Shown: positions 53,053-63,225 of the stretch, piece by piece | How the letters are laid out: each line of letters opens with the position of its first letter | Numbering within the stretch: position 1 is the first letter of the stretch | Source: Aulosira sp. ZfuVER01 | GTDB lineage: Bacteria > Cyanobacteriota > Cyanobacteriia > Cyanobacteriales > Nostocaceae | NCBI GenBank assembly: GCA_034530615.2 | Contig: JAVRCV020000071.1 | Span: forward strand, 32,001 to 96,000 | Reading direction: 5' to 3' | DNA: 64,000 nucleotides | Notes under the pieces: generated by a model | What the model was told of the DNA's origin: nothing | The model's input: the letters and a program-made list of their open reading frames with translations, nothing else | Databases searched by the model: none | Made by a program: the position numbers and the translations under genes

Positions 53053-54597
53053 ATGAGCATCACCGAAGATATTCTCTCCCAACTACCAGGCGATGTGATG
53101 GAAAGTCTACGTCGTAGCGATCGCATCTTAGCATCGCTGAGGGCAGATAAAGCAGCGATACCAACGGTAGTTAAAGAGAACGATCGAGTTTTAGACACCG
53201 TAGACTGGGATGTAATTATCTGCGGTGGAACTTTAGGGATTTTAATTGGTTGCGCTTTAGCTGTGCAGGGAATCAAGGTAGGGTTGATTGAGCGCGGAAT
53301 TCTCCGGGGGAGAGAGCAAGAGTGGAATATTTCTCGCAAAGAGTTAGAAGTGTTTGTGGAATTAAATCTGCTGACTCATGAAGAATTAGAGCAAGCGATC
53401 GCCACAGAATATAACCCAGCCAGAGTCAGCTTTCAAGGTGGTACAGAAGTTTGGGTAGAGGATGTTCTCAATATTGGTGTAGATCCTGTTTATCTATTAG
53501 CTACATTGAAAACACGATTTTTGGCTGCGGGGGGTGAGTTGTGGGAAAACACACCTTTGAGTGAAGCAGTAGTGCATCCCAATGGGGTGAAGGTAAACAA
53601 CAAACTCACAACTAAGTTATTAATCGATGCAATGGGACATATTTCTCCGATTGCTCAACAAGCACGTCTAGGACAAAAACCCGATGCGCTGTGTTTAGTT
53701 GTGGGAACTTGTGCAGAAGGTTTTCCGGAAAATCACTCTGGTGACTTGTTGTTATCATTTACATCCTTGCACAATCAATGCCAATACTTCTGGGAAGCTT
53801 TTCCAGCTAAGGATGGCAGAACCACCTACTTGTTTACCTACATGGATGCACACCCACAACGTTTAGGTTTAGAAGCTCTGTTTGAAGAATATCTGCGCCT
53901 TCTACCACAATATCAGGGTGTGGAATTGAGTCAGTTAAAGTTTCAACGGGCACTGTTTGGTTTTTTTCCCACTTATCGCCAAAGTCCCCTCAAAACCCCT
54001 TGGAATCGTATTTTGCCAGTGGGAGATAGTAGCGGTAGCCAATCACCTTTAAGTTTTGGTGGTTTTGGTGCTATGGTGCGTCACCTGAAGCGTTTAACCT
54101 TTGGTATTCAAGAAGCACTACAAACCGAGCAATTATCTATAAAAGCGCTGGCTTTGCTGCAACCTTATCAGCCGAGTTTAGCTGTTACTTGGTTGTTCCA
54201 AAAAGCGATGAGTGTTGGAGTGGATCAAAATATTCATCCAGATCAAATTAATCAACTGCTCTCAGTAGTGTTTCAGGAAATGCAAAAGCTGGGTACACCT
54301 GTGCTAAAGCCATTTTTGCAAGATATTGTGCAATTTTCAGCACTGACGCAAACACTATTGAAAACTGCTTTGGCAAATCCTGGATTAGTTGCCAAAATAA
54401 TTCCGCAAGTTGGTTTGATTAATTTATTGGATTGGGTAGTACATTACGGGAATTTAGGTGTTTATACTACCTTATTTTGGCTGAGTCCAATGCTAGAAAC
54501 ATTGATTAAGTACCTGCCAATTCAACAACAATATTATTGGCATCGCTTAGTTGATGGCTGGAAGTTTGGTTCTGGTAGTGATTATGCAGATGGTTAA
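53053..54597 (+). CDS. cruP: CruA/CruP family FAD-dependent lycopene cyclase paralog (CruP-like size)
   Basis: GGTLG FAD motif, REQEWNISRKEL, QSPLSFGGFG. Confidence 0.65.
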   Translation: MSITEDILSQLPGDVMESLRRSDRILASLRADKAAIPTVVKENDRVLDTVDWDVIICGGTLGILIGCALAVQGIKVGLIERGILRGREQEWNISRKELEVFVELNLLTHEELEQAIATEYNPARVSFQGGTEVWVEDVLNIGVDPVYLLATLKTRFLAAGGELWENTPLSEAVVHPNGVKVNNKLTTKLLIDAMGHISPIAQQARLGQKPDALCLVVGTCAEGFPENHSGDLLLSFTSLHNQCQYFWEAFPAKDGRTTYLFTYMDAHPQRLGLEALFEEYLRLLPQYQGVELSQLKFQRALFGFFPTYRQSPLKTPWNRILPVGDSSGSQSPLSFGGFGAMVRHLKRLTFGIQEALQTEQLSIKALALLQPYQPSLAVTWLFQKAMSVGVDQNIHPDQINQLLSVVFQEMQKLGTPVLKPFLQDIVQFSALTQTLLKTALANPGLVAKIIPQVGLINLLDWVVHYGNLGVYTTLFWLSPMLETLIKYLPIQQQYYWHRLVDGWKFGSGSDYADG

Positions 54598-54735
54598 TTT
54601 ATTAAGAAGAGTCAAGAGTCAGCTATTGGAGAATTTAATTGTCTCCATATTCAAGTTTTAGATTTTGGACTTTTGACACCACAAACTCAGGGGATTAAAT
54701 CCCATATCGATGAAAACAGTGTGTGAGGATTTAAG

Positions 54736-55440
54736 ATGATTGAACGACAATCTTCAGGAATAAAATACTTTACAGTACTAATTGGCTTACTGCGCGATCG
54801 CCAAGTTTTTTTAGAAGAAATTACTCAAAGTGTCAGATTACCAAGTAAAATCATTTCTCTTTTAGTTTGCAGTTCCCTATTTCTAGCTATCTATGGCGGA
54901 ATTATTGGCGCATACCATAGCTGGATGCAAGCTATATCTTCTGCGATTAAACTTCCAGCGCTCTATTTAATTACGTTGCTAATTTGTTTACCAACGTTAT
55001 ACTTCTCTAACATAATCTTTGGCTCAAAACGTAGCTTTGGACAGCATTTCGCATTGGTACTAACTGCGGTTTCAGTAACTAGTGTACTGCTATTTAGCTT
55101 TGCACCTATTACACTATTTTTCTTGATTACCACGAATAATTACCAATTTTTAATTCTGCTCAATGTTGTGATATTTTCTTTTACAGGATTTATCGGTATT
55201 TCTTCTTTATATCAAGCTACAAGTGTGGTATTAGAACAAGATAATGAAGGTAGCAGTACGCGCCGCAAAATTATACTATCTTGGCTATTTCTGTATGCTT
55301 TCGTAGGTAGCCAGTTAGGATGGACTCTCAGACCTTTTTTTGGAAATCCTGGTTCTGTATTTCAACTATTTAGAGATAGAGAAGGTAGTTTTTATCTGAG
55401 TGTTCTCCAAGCTATTGGCTATCTTTTAGGAATTCGATAA
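54736..55440 (+). CDS. Conserved multi-pass membrane protein (Yip1-like), paralog 1
   Basis: ~6 TMs, KLP..., QLGWTLRPFFG. Confidence 0.75.
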   Translation: MIERQSSGIKYFTVLIGLLRDRQVFLEEITQSVRLPSKIISLLVCSSLFLAIYGGIIGAYHSWMQAISSAIKLPALYLITLLICLPTLYFSNIIFGSKRSFGQHFALVLTAVSVTSVLLFSFAPITLFFLITTNNYQFLILLNVVIFSFTGFIGISSLYQATSVVLEQDNEGSSTRRKIILSWLFLYAFVGSQLGWTLRPFFGNPGSVFQLFRDREGSFYLSVLQAIGYLLGIR

Positions 55441-55503
55441 TCAGGTATTAGCTAATAGCTAGTTTTTTAATTCCACAATTCAGAATTTACCTATCACAAC
55501 ACT

Positions 55504-56211
55504 ATGCTTGAGAAGCCATCTTATAAAAATAAACAATTTGGAATTTTAATTAGTTTACTACGCGATCGCCAGGGTTTTTTAGAAGAAATTAGCCAAGGGA
55601 TAAGATTACAAAGTAAAATCAGCGCTTTGTTTGTTTCAAGTTCTATTTGTTTTGCTATATACGGTGCAATTATCGGTGCATCTCATAGTTGGGCACAGGC
55701 ATTATCTGGTGCGATCAAACTTCCTGCCTTTTATTTATTGACACTGATAATTTGTTTTCCCACTCTATTCTTTTTTAATGTTTTATTTGGTTCTCGGAGT
55801 AGTTTTCAACAGCATTTTGTTGTATTGCTAACAGCAGTATCAGTAATTAGCGTCCTTTTATTCAGCTTGGCACCAGTAACGCTATTTTTTATGATTACTG
55901 CTCCCAATTCTTACCAATTTTTTAAACTGCTAAATGTATTGATTTTTGGAATTACAGGAATATTTGGGATAAAATTCCTCTATGAAGGAATGCAGCTACT
56001 TTCTAAACAAGATGATGTTGGTAAGAACACGCGCACCACTATTTTAAGATCCTGGTTATTATTGTATGCTTTTGTGGGTGTGCAGTTAGGATGGTTTTTA
56101 CGTCCATTTTTTGGTGCGCCTGGCTCTAAATTTGAGCTATTTCGAGCAGTAAGTGGCAATTTTTATCTTGATATTGTCGCCGCAATGTCTGAGATTTTAG
56201 GTTTCCGTTAA
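55504..56211 (+). CDS. Conserved multi-pass membrane protein (Yip1-like), paralog 2
   Basis: Colinear with preceding ORF; QLGWFLRPFFG. Confidence 0.75.
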   Translation: MLEKPSYKNKQFGILISLLRDRQGFLEEISQGIRLQSKISALFVSSSICFAIYGAIIGASHSWAQALSGAIKLPAFYLLTLIICFPTLFFFNVLFGSRSSFQQHFVVLLTAVSVISVLLFSLAPVTLFFMITAPNSYQFFKLLNVLIFGITGIFGIKFLYEGMQLLSKQDDVGKNTRTTILRSWLLLYAFVGVQLGWFLRPFFGAPGSKFELFRAVSGNFYLDIVAAMSEILGFR

Positions 56212-56262
56212 TAAAAACCTAGATTTCATTATATGGTGGGTATTGCCCACCATTATTAGTAT

Positions 56263-58614
56263 TTATGATTTTTCAAGACGCGCGATCGCTGTTTGTAATT
56301 TCTGAACCTGCTTAGGTGCTTGGATTTCATCAAAGATGAAAATTGCTCGATTAAAAGTATCTCTACTAATTGTGACTTCACCCATTCTTTGATAAGTCAA
56401 TGCTAACTGATAATATGCTTTAGCAAGATTACATTTATCCGAAAGCGTAGTCATATTAACGATAGCATCTAAATGCTTATTTATTGCCACTATAAATTGT
56501 CCCTGTTCACGATGTAGGGAAGCGAGACAAGAGGTAGCTCTAGCTTTTAAAGAGGTGAACTGATTGATTTCACAATGGGCAATAGCTTGGTGGCAAATAT
56601 CAAATGCAGTTTCTATATAACCTAAATTTTTATAAGTTAAGCTAATGTACAACAAGCTAGTACCTCTTCCCCAAGAAGTTAATCTCTCACTTGTCATTCC
56701 TGCCTCAGCATCTCGCAACATAGCAACAGCATCTTCTATTAATCCTAAAGAAGAGTTTAAATAAGCTAAACAACACAGCGAATAAACAACATACTGGTAA
56801 TAATTTTCGTCTGCTTCACTGAGGTTTTTAACTAAATAAAAAATATTTTTCGCTTGTTCAAGTTCCCACAAATCTATATAACAAAGTCCTATATTAAAGT
56901 TACTCGAGATTTTTTCCGGAAAAATATTATATATTTGGGCAATTTGATTAGCTCGTTCGTGACAGTCAAGTGCTAATGCAATATTACCTATTTGATGATA
57001 GGCACGCCCTAGCATATTATAAAGTTTACTCAGATAATATTCAGAGTTTAAGTTGTCAATCAGGTGGGTAATTACAGAAATTAACGTTTCTAATAAACCA
57101 AACCTGTAAAACAATACACCCAAAGATATGCTATTATCCCATCTGTTAGCTCTATTACCTAAAATTACATTAGCTGCTTGTTCAAATTCTCCTATTTCTA
57201 CATAGTGATAATAAGCTTCTAAAGCCATTAAAGCATCTTGAGTAGCTTCAATTTTGCTCACAGTTGCTGTCCAGAATTCTGCTGCTTTTCTGTTGGCTAT
57301 TTGCCATTCACCACTGGCCCGTAAACGTGCGATCGCTTTTGTACAAATCACTGGATGCAGCCAGTATTTTCCTTTACGGAATTCTACCAATGAACGATCG
57401 CAAAGAGATTTGATGATTCGTCTGGATAGTGGTTCTGGAATATCCCAAAGTAAGCATTGTAGTCCTTTGATGTTGACATGAGTCACATTTTGATAACGAT
57501 AGCATCCTAAACGACACAGCAATCGATATGCCTCTGCATCCATTTTTGCCAAGCGATCGAACTGACTGTTAACTAAATGCTCTAACACGCCTTCAACTAA
57601 CAAATCATTTTTATTTTCTCGCCAATAGATATCTGCATTTCTGTCAAAATCTCTAATAATTGCACCACTGATAATTTCCATTGCCTTGGCATTACCACCA
57701 AAGGCTTGGCACATTTCACTAAGTGCATTTGTCTGGGAATTAATTTGGCGACGTGCAAAAAATTCTCTCCAGGCGGATTCATCTAAACCTTCTAGGGAAT
57801 AGAAGTTGACATTAAACCCAGACTCATAAAGACGTTCGCGGCTAGCGATCAAAGTAACTGAATGAATTGTGGAATCTGCTAGAACTCTTAACAATTCTAC
57901 ATAAGAACGATGAGAGTTAATTATCTGACCATTTCTATCTAAAGCAGATTCTAAACCATCAATTAATACCCCAATCTTTCTAAATCCGTTTCGCAACTTC
58001 CGCCGTAATCGATCCAAATTAATGCCAAACTCTCTTCCTGGTTCTTCATGAAAGTCTTTTCTGAGCCATTCCTCAACTACACTTTCCGCAGAGACAATGT
58101 TTTGGCTTTCTTGAGCCATCCATAGTTCTAGGAAGGAGAAACCCTGAGTTTTCAAATACTTACGCGCTAAAGTTGTTTTACCAACACCGCCTTCGCCTTG
58201 AATAAAAATGATTTTCGTTCCCTGGCTGACGAGGTTTTGCAACTCTGCTATTTCGCGATCGCGTCCGACGAAGTTAGAATCTAAATCTTGTAGCTTTGCA
58301 TGATTAAATCCTAAATAGGATCTTTGACAACTATTCTGTCCCTGTTGACTTGTGCAAAACTCCTGAACTACTCTGGAGAAGTTTGATTTAGAAACTTTTT
58401 CCCCCAGCACATTCGATAGTAGATGCCACAACTGAGCGCCAACTGCTTTTAAATGTGCCTCAGTGTAACCACGACTCACTGCAATATCGTGGTAAGTTCG
58501 CTTTTCATCCTCCCACAAATGACGCAAAATAATCCTTTGAGCCTTATGTAAGTGTTCTCCTGTGCTGATAAAAACCAAATTATCTACAAACTCTAAGGCT
58601 TCTTCTGCACCCAT
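56263..58614 (-). CDS. HTH + NB-ARC/STAND ATPase + TPR protein
   Basis: N-terminal helical/HTH (TYHDIA..GYT..HLK.VG.QLW.LLS), Walker A GEGGVGKT, Walker B VLIDGLE, WLHPV, C-terminal TPRs. Confidence 0.85.
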   Translation of the reverse strand: MGAEEALEFVDNLVFISTGEHLHKAQRIILRHLWEDEKRTYHDIAVSRGYTEAHLKAVGAQLWHLLSNVLGEKVSKSNFSRVVQEFCTSQQGQNSCQRSYLGFNHAKLQDLDSNFVGRDREIAELQNLVSQGTKIIFIQGEGGVGKTTLARKYLKTQGFSFLELWMAQESQNIVSAESVVEEWLRKDFHEEPGREFGINLDRLRRKLRNGFRKIGVLIDGLESALDRNGQIINSHRSYVELLRVLADSTIHSVTLIASRERLYESGFNVNFYSLEGLDESAWREFFARRQINSQTNALSEMCQAFGGNAKAMEIISGAIIRDFDRNADIYWRENKNDLLVEGVLEHLVNSQFDRLAKMDAEAYRLLCRLGCYRYQNVTHVNIKGLQCLLWDIPEPLSRRIIKSLCDRSLVEFRKGKYWLHPVICTKAIARLRASGEWQIANRKAAEFWTATVSKIEATQDALMALEAYYHYVEIGEFEQAANVILGNRANRWDNSISLGVLFYRFGLLETLISVITHLIDNLNSEYYLSKLYNMLGRAYHQIGNIALALDCHERANQIAQIYNIFPEKISSNFNIGLCYIDLWELEQAKNIFYLVKNLSEADENYYQYVVYSLCCLAYLNSSLGLIEDAVAMLRDAEAGMTSERLTSWGRGTSLLYISLTYKNLGYIETAFDICHQAIAHCEINQFTSLKARATSCLASLHREQGQFIVAINKHLDAIVNMTTLSDKCNLAKAYYQLALTYQRMGEVTISRDTFNRAIFIFDEIQAPKQVQKLQTAIARLEKS

Positions 58615-58664
58615 CGGCTGAGATTGAGTAGTATTTGTACTTAATTATAACTATAAGTTTTTAT

Positions 58665-58736
58665 TACTTCTGACTTACCATACTACAAAATACTTTTTCC
58701 TACTCGGTAGGAAACCTACTTTATCCAACTGTCACT
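58665..58736. promoter_or_regulatory. Phased (T/G/A)ACT repeats with an embedded palindrome
   Basis: Units at 58672, 58681, 58691, 58701, 58717, 58727; TTTCCTAC-TCG-GTAGGAAA at 58696-58714. Confidence 0.5.
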
Positions 58737-58987
58737 AAGTTTTAAATGTATTACTTTTGTAATTAAGACAGAAAAAGTTAAGTTAAGCGCTCAGAAAACT
58801 TGGTTGAGGAGAAATTTTACTAGTGCTACTACTGCAAGTTTAGTATGTCGCATAGATGACTTTTTATCTATCACAATAACTCGTGCAAGTGATGTCTACT
58901 CAGCAGGCAGTAGGTATTGGCTAACTAGATTCTGTAGAGCGTGTTTGTCATAAGTGTGTAAATCCCCACCCTACAGGAGGTTCAATA

Positions 58988-59257
58988 ATGTTGGGTAAAG
59001 ATTGTCGTCATGATTGTAATCCAAGTTCCTGCCCTTTTGCTCAGGATACCCGTAATCCCGATCGATACGTTTGCTTGAAATGCGGTGTTGAAAGAGACAT
59101 TAATCAGTATTCCTCTGGTATGAGGTTTTTCTGGCTACTGATTTTAGGTTTATTCATCGCATTCCAACTATTAGCCAATGGTGAAAAGCCAAACGAGCCA
59201 CAAAAAAAGCAAGACTATGGTAGAAATTTACTCCATCAAGTAATTGGCTACCAGTAA
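58988..59257 (+). CDS. Small Cys-rich (zinc-ribbon-like) single-TM protein
   Basis: AGGAGG RBS; CRHDC..C...CLKC followed by a hydrophobic helix. Confidence 0.7.
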   Translation: MLGKDCRHDCNPSSCPFAQDTRNPDRYVCLKCGVERDINQYSSGMRFFWLLILGLFIAFQLLANGEKPNEPQKKQDYGRNLLHQVIGYQ

Positions 59258-59304
59258 TAGGGTGTGAACTTTTTCAAATTCATCATCATGGACAAGTAAA
59301 GAAT

Positions 59305-59532
59305 ATGGCTGCAAATCAATACTCTCCTCTATTACGCCTGGCTTATAAGTTTCTCAAGTACTTTTCATGGCTACTGTTTGGCTTGGCGATCGCTTTCATG
59401 ATCTCATGGGGTTTGCGTGTGTTTTACATTATCCCCATACTGATGTATTTACTCAAAAACTTCTTTGTGCCTTTGGGATTTATCCTGTTGTGTTTAATTA
59501 CAATAGCGATAATTCTTGAGTCTTGGCGTTAG
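59305..59532 (+). CDS. Small hydrophobic membrane protein
   Basis: 75 aa, 2-3 hydrophobic helices, co-oriented with previous ORF. Confidence 0.6.
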   Translation: MAANQYSPLLRLAYKFLKYFSWLLFGLAIAFMISWGLRVFYIIPILMYLLKNFFVPLGFILLCLITIAIILESWR

Positions 59533-59557
59533 ATAAAGTGCAGAGTGGCAGAAGGAA

Positions 59558-60514
59558 TTAAACATTTTCCCTATCTCCCACTCTGATTTTTTCATCTAAA
59601 AACTTTAGCTGCTGATATATACAGTTAATCTGCGATAAATTCACACCTGCTGCTTGCGCTTTGCGTAACGGATTGCCAAAAATGGCTTCTACTTCTAGAG
59701 GACGGCGTTCGTCGTAGTCAATTTTCATACTAGTACGGTACGGCTTCATCTTCACTGTGTAATCGAGCATCATTTGAATGAAGCTATCAGGAATGATGCG
59801 ATCGCAACTTTTAGCCCCTGCTGCAACTTCATACATCAACTGTTCAGCTAATTTGCGAGTATGTTCATACGCCATTAATTCATCTGTTCTGGCGTTGAGA
59901 ATCACAGACAGTCCATTATAGGGAATATTCCACACCAATTTTTTCCATCGCCCTAGCAATAAGTCTTCAGTTAATTCCATCGAGATACCAGCATTAGTAA
60001 AGTCATCGGCAATTTGCCGCATCTTATCTGTAATCCCAGTAGCTTTATAGCCAGCCGCATATTCCCCTAGGGTAATTTGTCCATAGTCGAGGTGGCGGAT
60101 ATGTCCTTGTGCGATTTTATTAGAACAGAGAAAACACAACCCACCAATAATGCTGACATTGCTAACTATGGTTGCAACTTCTTCTTCCACCGCCATTCCA
60201 TTTTGCAATACCAAGACTACGCCATTATCTTTGACGATGGGTGGTAACATCTGCGGTAATAAATAATTTTGTGTCGTCTTCAGTGCCACCACTACTACAT
60301 CGCATTGTGGCATTTTTTCTACGTCATTGTAGGCGTTGACTTGGCTCAGGACGAAATCACCATCTTTTGACTCCACCACCAAACCAGATTTACGGACATA
60401 TTCATAATCACTCCTCAGCAAAAAGTGGACATCTAAACCAGCTTTTTGCAGTTTGGCACCATAAAAGCCACCTAATGCACCAGTTCCTAGAATGGCGTAA
60501 CTACGCTCGGACAT
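59558..60514 (-). CDS. panE: 2-dehydropantoate 2-reductase
   Basis: GTGALGG, LQNG, WKKLVWN, SMKID...LE. Confidence 0.88.
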   Translation of the reverse strand: MSERSYAILGTGALGGFYGAKLQKAGLDVHFLLRSDYEYVRKSGLVVESKDGDFVLSQVNAYNDVEKMPQCDVVVVALKTTQNYLLPQMLPPIVKDNGVVLVLQNGMAVEEEVATIVSNVSIIGGLCFLCSNKIAQGHIRHLDYGQITLGEYAAGYKATGITDKMRQIADDFTNAGISMELTEDLLLGRWKKLVWNIPYNGLSVILNARTDELMAYEHTRKLAEQLMYEVAAGAKSCDRIIPDSFIQMMLDYTVKMKPYRTSMKIDYDERRPLEVEAIFGNPLRKAQAAGVNLSQINCIYQQLKFLDEKIRVGDRENV

Positions 60515-60660
60515 TTTGCTAACACAGAGATTTTTCTATGAAGATCATAAAGCGAATACGCTGTATACTTACAGCCCTATTTCAAGCTAAATTTATTTAA
60601 CAAAACTTAAGAATGGTTTATTATCCTTTAAGTTGTGATACACAGATTTAGGTGAAATAC

Positions 60661-61062
60661 ATGGCTGATATTGTTGATATTGCAGTTAGTGCTGACTCTT
60701 TTAAAACTTTAGTAACAGCCGTTCAAGCTGCTGGTTTAGTCGAGACATTAAAAAGTCCTGGGCCGTTTACTGTCTTTGCACCAAATGATGATGCCTTTGC
60801 TAAGTTACCACCAGGAACTATACAAACACTGGTGCAAAATATTCCCCAACTAACGCGCATTTTAAAATATCATGTTGTGCCAGGAAAGCTTTTCCAGGCT
60901 GATTTGGCGAAACTCGGTACAGTTACTTCTGTGGAAGGTTCGCCTATTAAAATTGATTGCTCTGATGGTTTTGAAGTGAAAAATGCCACAGTTTTAGCCG
61001 CAGATATCGAAGCAGATAACGGTGTGATTCATGTTATCGATACAGTGATTTTAATGGGTTAA
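60661..61062 (+). CDS. Fasciclin (FAS1) domain protein
   Basis: [26 protein letters not shown]. Confidence 0.93.
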   Translation: MADIVDIAVSADSFKTLVTAVQAAGLVETLKSPGPFTVFAPNDDAFAKLPPGTIQTLVQNIPQLTRILKYHVVPGKLFQADLAKLGTVTSVEGSPIKIDCSDGFEVKNATVLAADIEADNGVIHVIDTVILMG

Positions 61063-61239
61063 TTTGATGATGGTGGGGAATACCCACCATCATCACTATT
61101 AACAATTTTCAATTGTATAAATTAGTTTAAATTATGTTACATAGTTAAGTTTTGCACTTCAACCAGGTGCTAAGTTAGCTCAACTATTTATAAATATATT
61201 AAATTTAGTAGTATATGCGAAAATTATCCCAACACATTG

Positions 61240-61575
61240 ATGCTCGATTTCCACACATTAGCTGAGTTCTCCCGCACCAACTGCGTGAGTATTTGTACAT
61301 TTCTTGTACCAGCGAACTTACTTGCCACACTACTGACAATTATCCTGACGGTATTAAATCGCCCATCACATAAAGTCTGGCAAGCTGCTGGATTTGCCAC
61401 TATTTTTGCTTTAGTCATGGTAATGCACGTATATAGTTGGTTTGTCGTTGGCGTGGTGATGCTGCCAACTTATATCTTGCTATCGCTAGCAATTACTTGC
61501 TTGTTAACTAATTTGGGAGCGATTCTTTGGCAAAGGCGCTTTGCTCATACCCCCAGCCTCTCCAACAACGCATAA
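61240..61575 (+). CDS. Conserved small membrane protein
   Basis: 3 TMs; EFSRTNCVSICTFLVPANL. Confidence 0.7.
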   Translation: MLDFHTLAEFSRTNCVSICTFLVPANLLATLLTIILTVLNRPSHKVWQAAGFATIFALVMVMHVYSWFVVGVVMLPTYILLSLAITCLLTNLGAILWQRRFAHTPSLSNNA

Positions 61576-61731
61576 TGTAATAGCTTGCAAGAAAATCCCT
61601 CACTTCTCAAACTTCCAGAGAACTGAAGAAAGCGATCGCTGATGATTTCATCTGTAGAATTAACCTGCGATCGCTAGTCATTAGTCATTAGTATGTAAAC
61701 AAATGATTAATGGCTAAGGAAAAATGATTAT

Positions 61732-62985
61732 ATGATTAAAATCCTCCATCTTTCAGATATCCACATGGGTAGCGGTTTCTCCCACGGACGCATCAATCCG
61801 GCGACTGGATTAAACACACGATTGGAGGATTTTGTCAAAACATTATCTCTATGTATTGACCGCGCGATCGCAGATGAGGTGGATTTGGTGATATTTGGTG
61901 GTGATGCTTTTCCCGATGCTACGCCACCGCCTTATGTGCAAGAAGCTTTTGCTAGTCAATTTCGCCGTCTTGTAGATGGTAATATCCCGACAGTACTGCT
62001 GGTAGGCAATCACGACCAACATTCCCAAGGGTTAGGAGGTGCGAGTTTATGTATTTACCGCACGTTAGGGGTGCGGGGGTTTGTTGTCGGGGATACGGTA
62101 ACTACCCACCGCATCCAAACTCGCAATGGTAAAGTTCAAGTAATTACCCTCCCTTGGCTAACCCGTTCAACCTTGATGACTCGCCAAGAAACTGAAAGTT
62201 TGTCGCTAGCAGAAGTTAACCAACTGTTAACTGAACGTCTGCAAGTTGTTTTAGAATCAGAAATTCGTCGTCTTGACCCCGATGTCCCAACTGTACTTTT
62301 GGCTCACTTGATGGCTGACAATGCAGCTTTGGGAGCCGAACGCTTTTTAGCAGTAGGTAAAGGCTTTACTCTACCTCTATCTTTACTAACACGTCCCTGT
62401 TTTGATTATGTCGCTTTGGGACACGTCCACCGCCACCAAAACCTGAATAAATCCAACGATCCACCAGTGATTTATCCAGGAAGCATTGAGCGAGTGGATT
62501 TTAGCGAAGAAAAGGAAGACAAAGGTTATGTAACAATCGAACTGGAGAAGGGTAAAGCTAATTGGGAGTTCTGTCCTTTACCCGTGCGGATATTCCGGAC
62601 AATTGAGGTAGATTTATCAAAAGCAGAAGATCCCCAAGCAGCATTAATTAAAGCGATCGCTAAACACGATCTTCAAGATGCTGTAGTCCGGTTAATCTAT
62701 AAACTGCGATCGGAACAGTTAGATTTAATTGATAATTCTTCGCTACATACTGCTTTAAGTGCTGCTCACACCTACACCATTCAACCAGAATTGCTGAGTC
62801 AGTTAGCTAGACCTCGCATTCCTGAACTGAGTGCGAGTAGTAGCATTGATCCAATGGAAGCCTTAAAAACTTACTTAAGTAATCGCGAAGATCTCAAAGA
62901 TATTGCCAGCTCGATGCTAGAAGCTGCACACAAACTACTAGCAGACGATGTAGAAGTCTGGTTAGAAGGAGCAACTCATGAGTAG
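61732..62985 (+). CDS. sbcD: Exonuclease SbcCD subunit D
   Basis: DIH, GD, GNHD, ALGHVH, YPGS metallophosphoesterase motifs. Confidence 0.93.
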   Translation: MIKILHLSDIHMGSGFSHGRINPATGLNTRLEDFVKTLSLCIDRAIADEVDLVIFGGDAFPDATPPPYVQEAFASQFRRLVDGNIPTVLLVGNHDQHSQGLGGASLCIYRTLGVRGFVVGDTVTTHRIQTRNGKVQVITLPWLTRSTLMTRQETESLSLAEVNQLLTERLQVVLESEIRRLDPDVPTVLLAHLMADNAALGAERFLAVGKGFTLPLSLLTRPCFDYVALGHVHRHQNLNKSNDPPVIYPGSIERVDFSEEKEDKGYVTIELEKGKANWEFCPLPVRIFRTIEVDLSKAEDPQAALIKAIAKHDLQDAVVRLIYKLRSEQLDLIDNSSLHTALSAAHTYTIQPELLSQLARPRIPELSASSSIDPMEALKTYLSNREDLKDIASSMLEAAHKLLADDVEVWLEGATHE

Positions 62986-63053
62986 GAAAATTTAAAGTCA
63001 AAGTGTTAGGAATCTGCCAAAATTGCTATATTCCTTGCTCAGTATTTTAGTAG

Positions 63054-63171
63054 TCCTCTTGCAAAAGGTACTTTTGTCAAAGATGGGGATAGGGTAAAGG
63101 TTAAAAAGAAAAGTAAAATTCTTTCTCTTTCACCCTTCCCGCTTCTTGTTGAACCAACTTCTGCAAGAAGT
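63054..63171. mobile_element. Short MITE-like element
   Basis: Imperfect inverted ends CTCTTGCAAAAG ... CTTCTGCAAGAAG. Confidence 0.45.
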
Positions 63172-63225
63172 TTCAGGATGTATTCAATTGAGCGGGAGTA
63201 CAAACCTTTTTCAGGTGGACTTAGT

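Noticed and set aside
61732..62985. sbcD without adjacent sbcC
   Set aside because: Commonly unlinked in cyanobacteria.
62990..63225. c-di-AMP (ydaO) riboswitch upstream of the KimA-like permease
   Set aside because: Could not find the conserved aptamer motifs; the spacer is occupied by a short inverted-repeat element.
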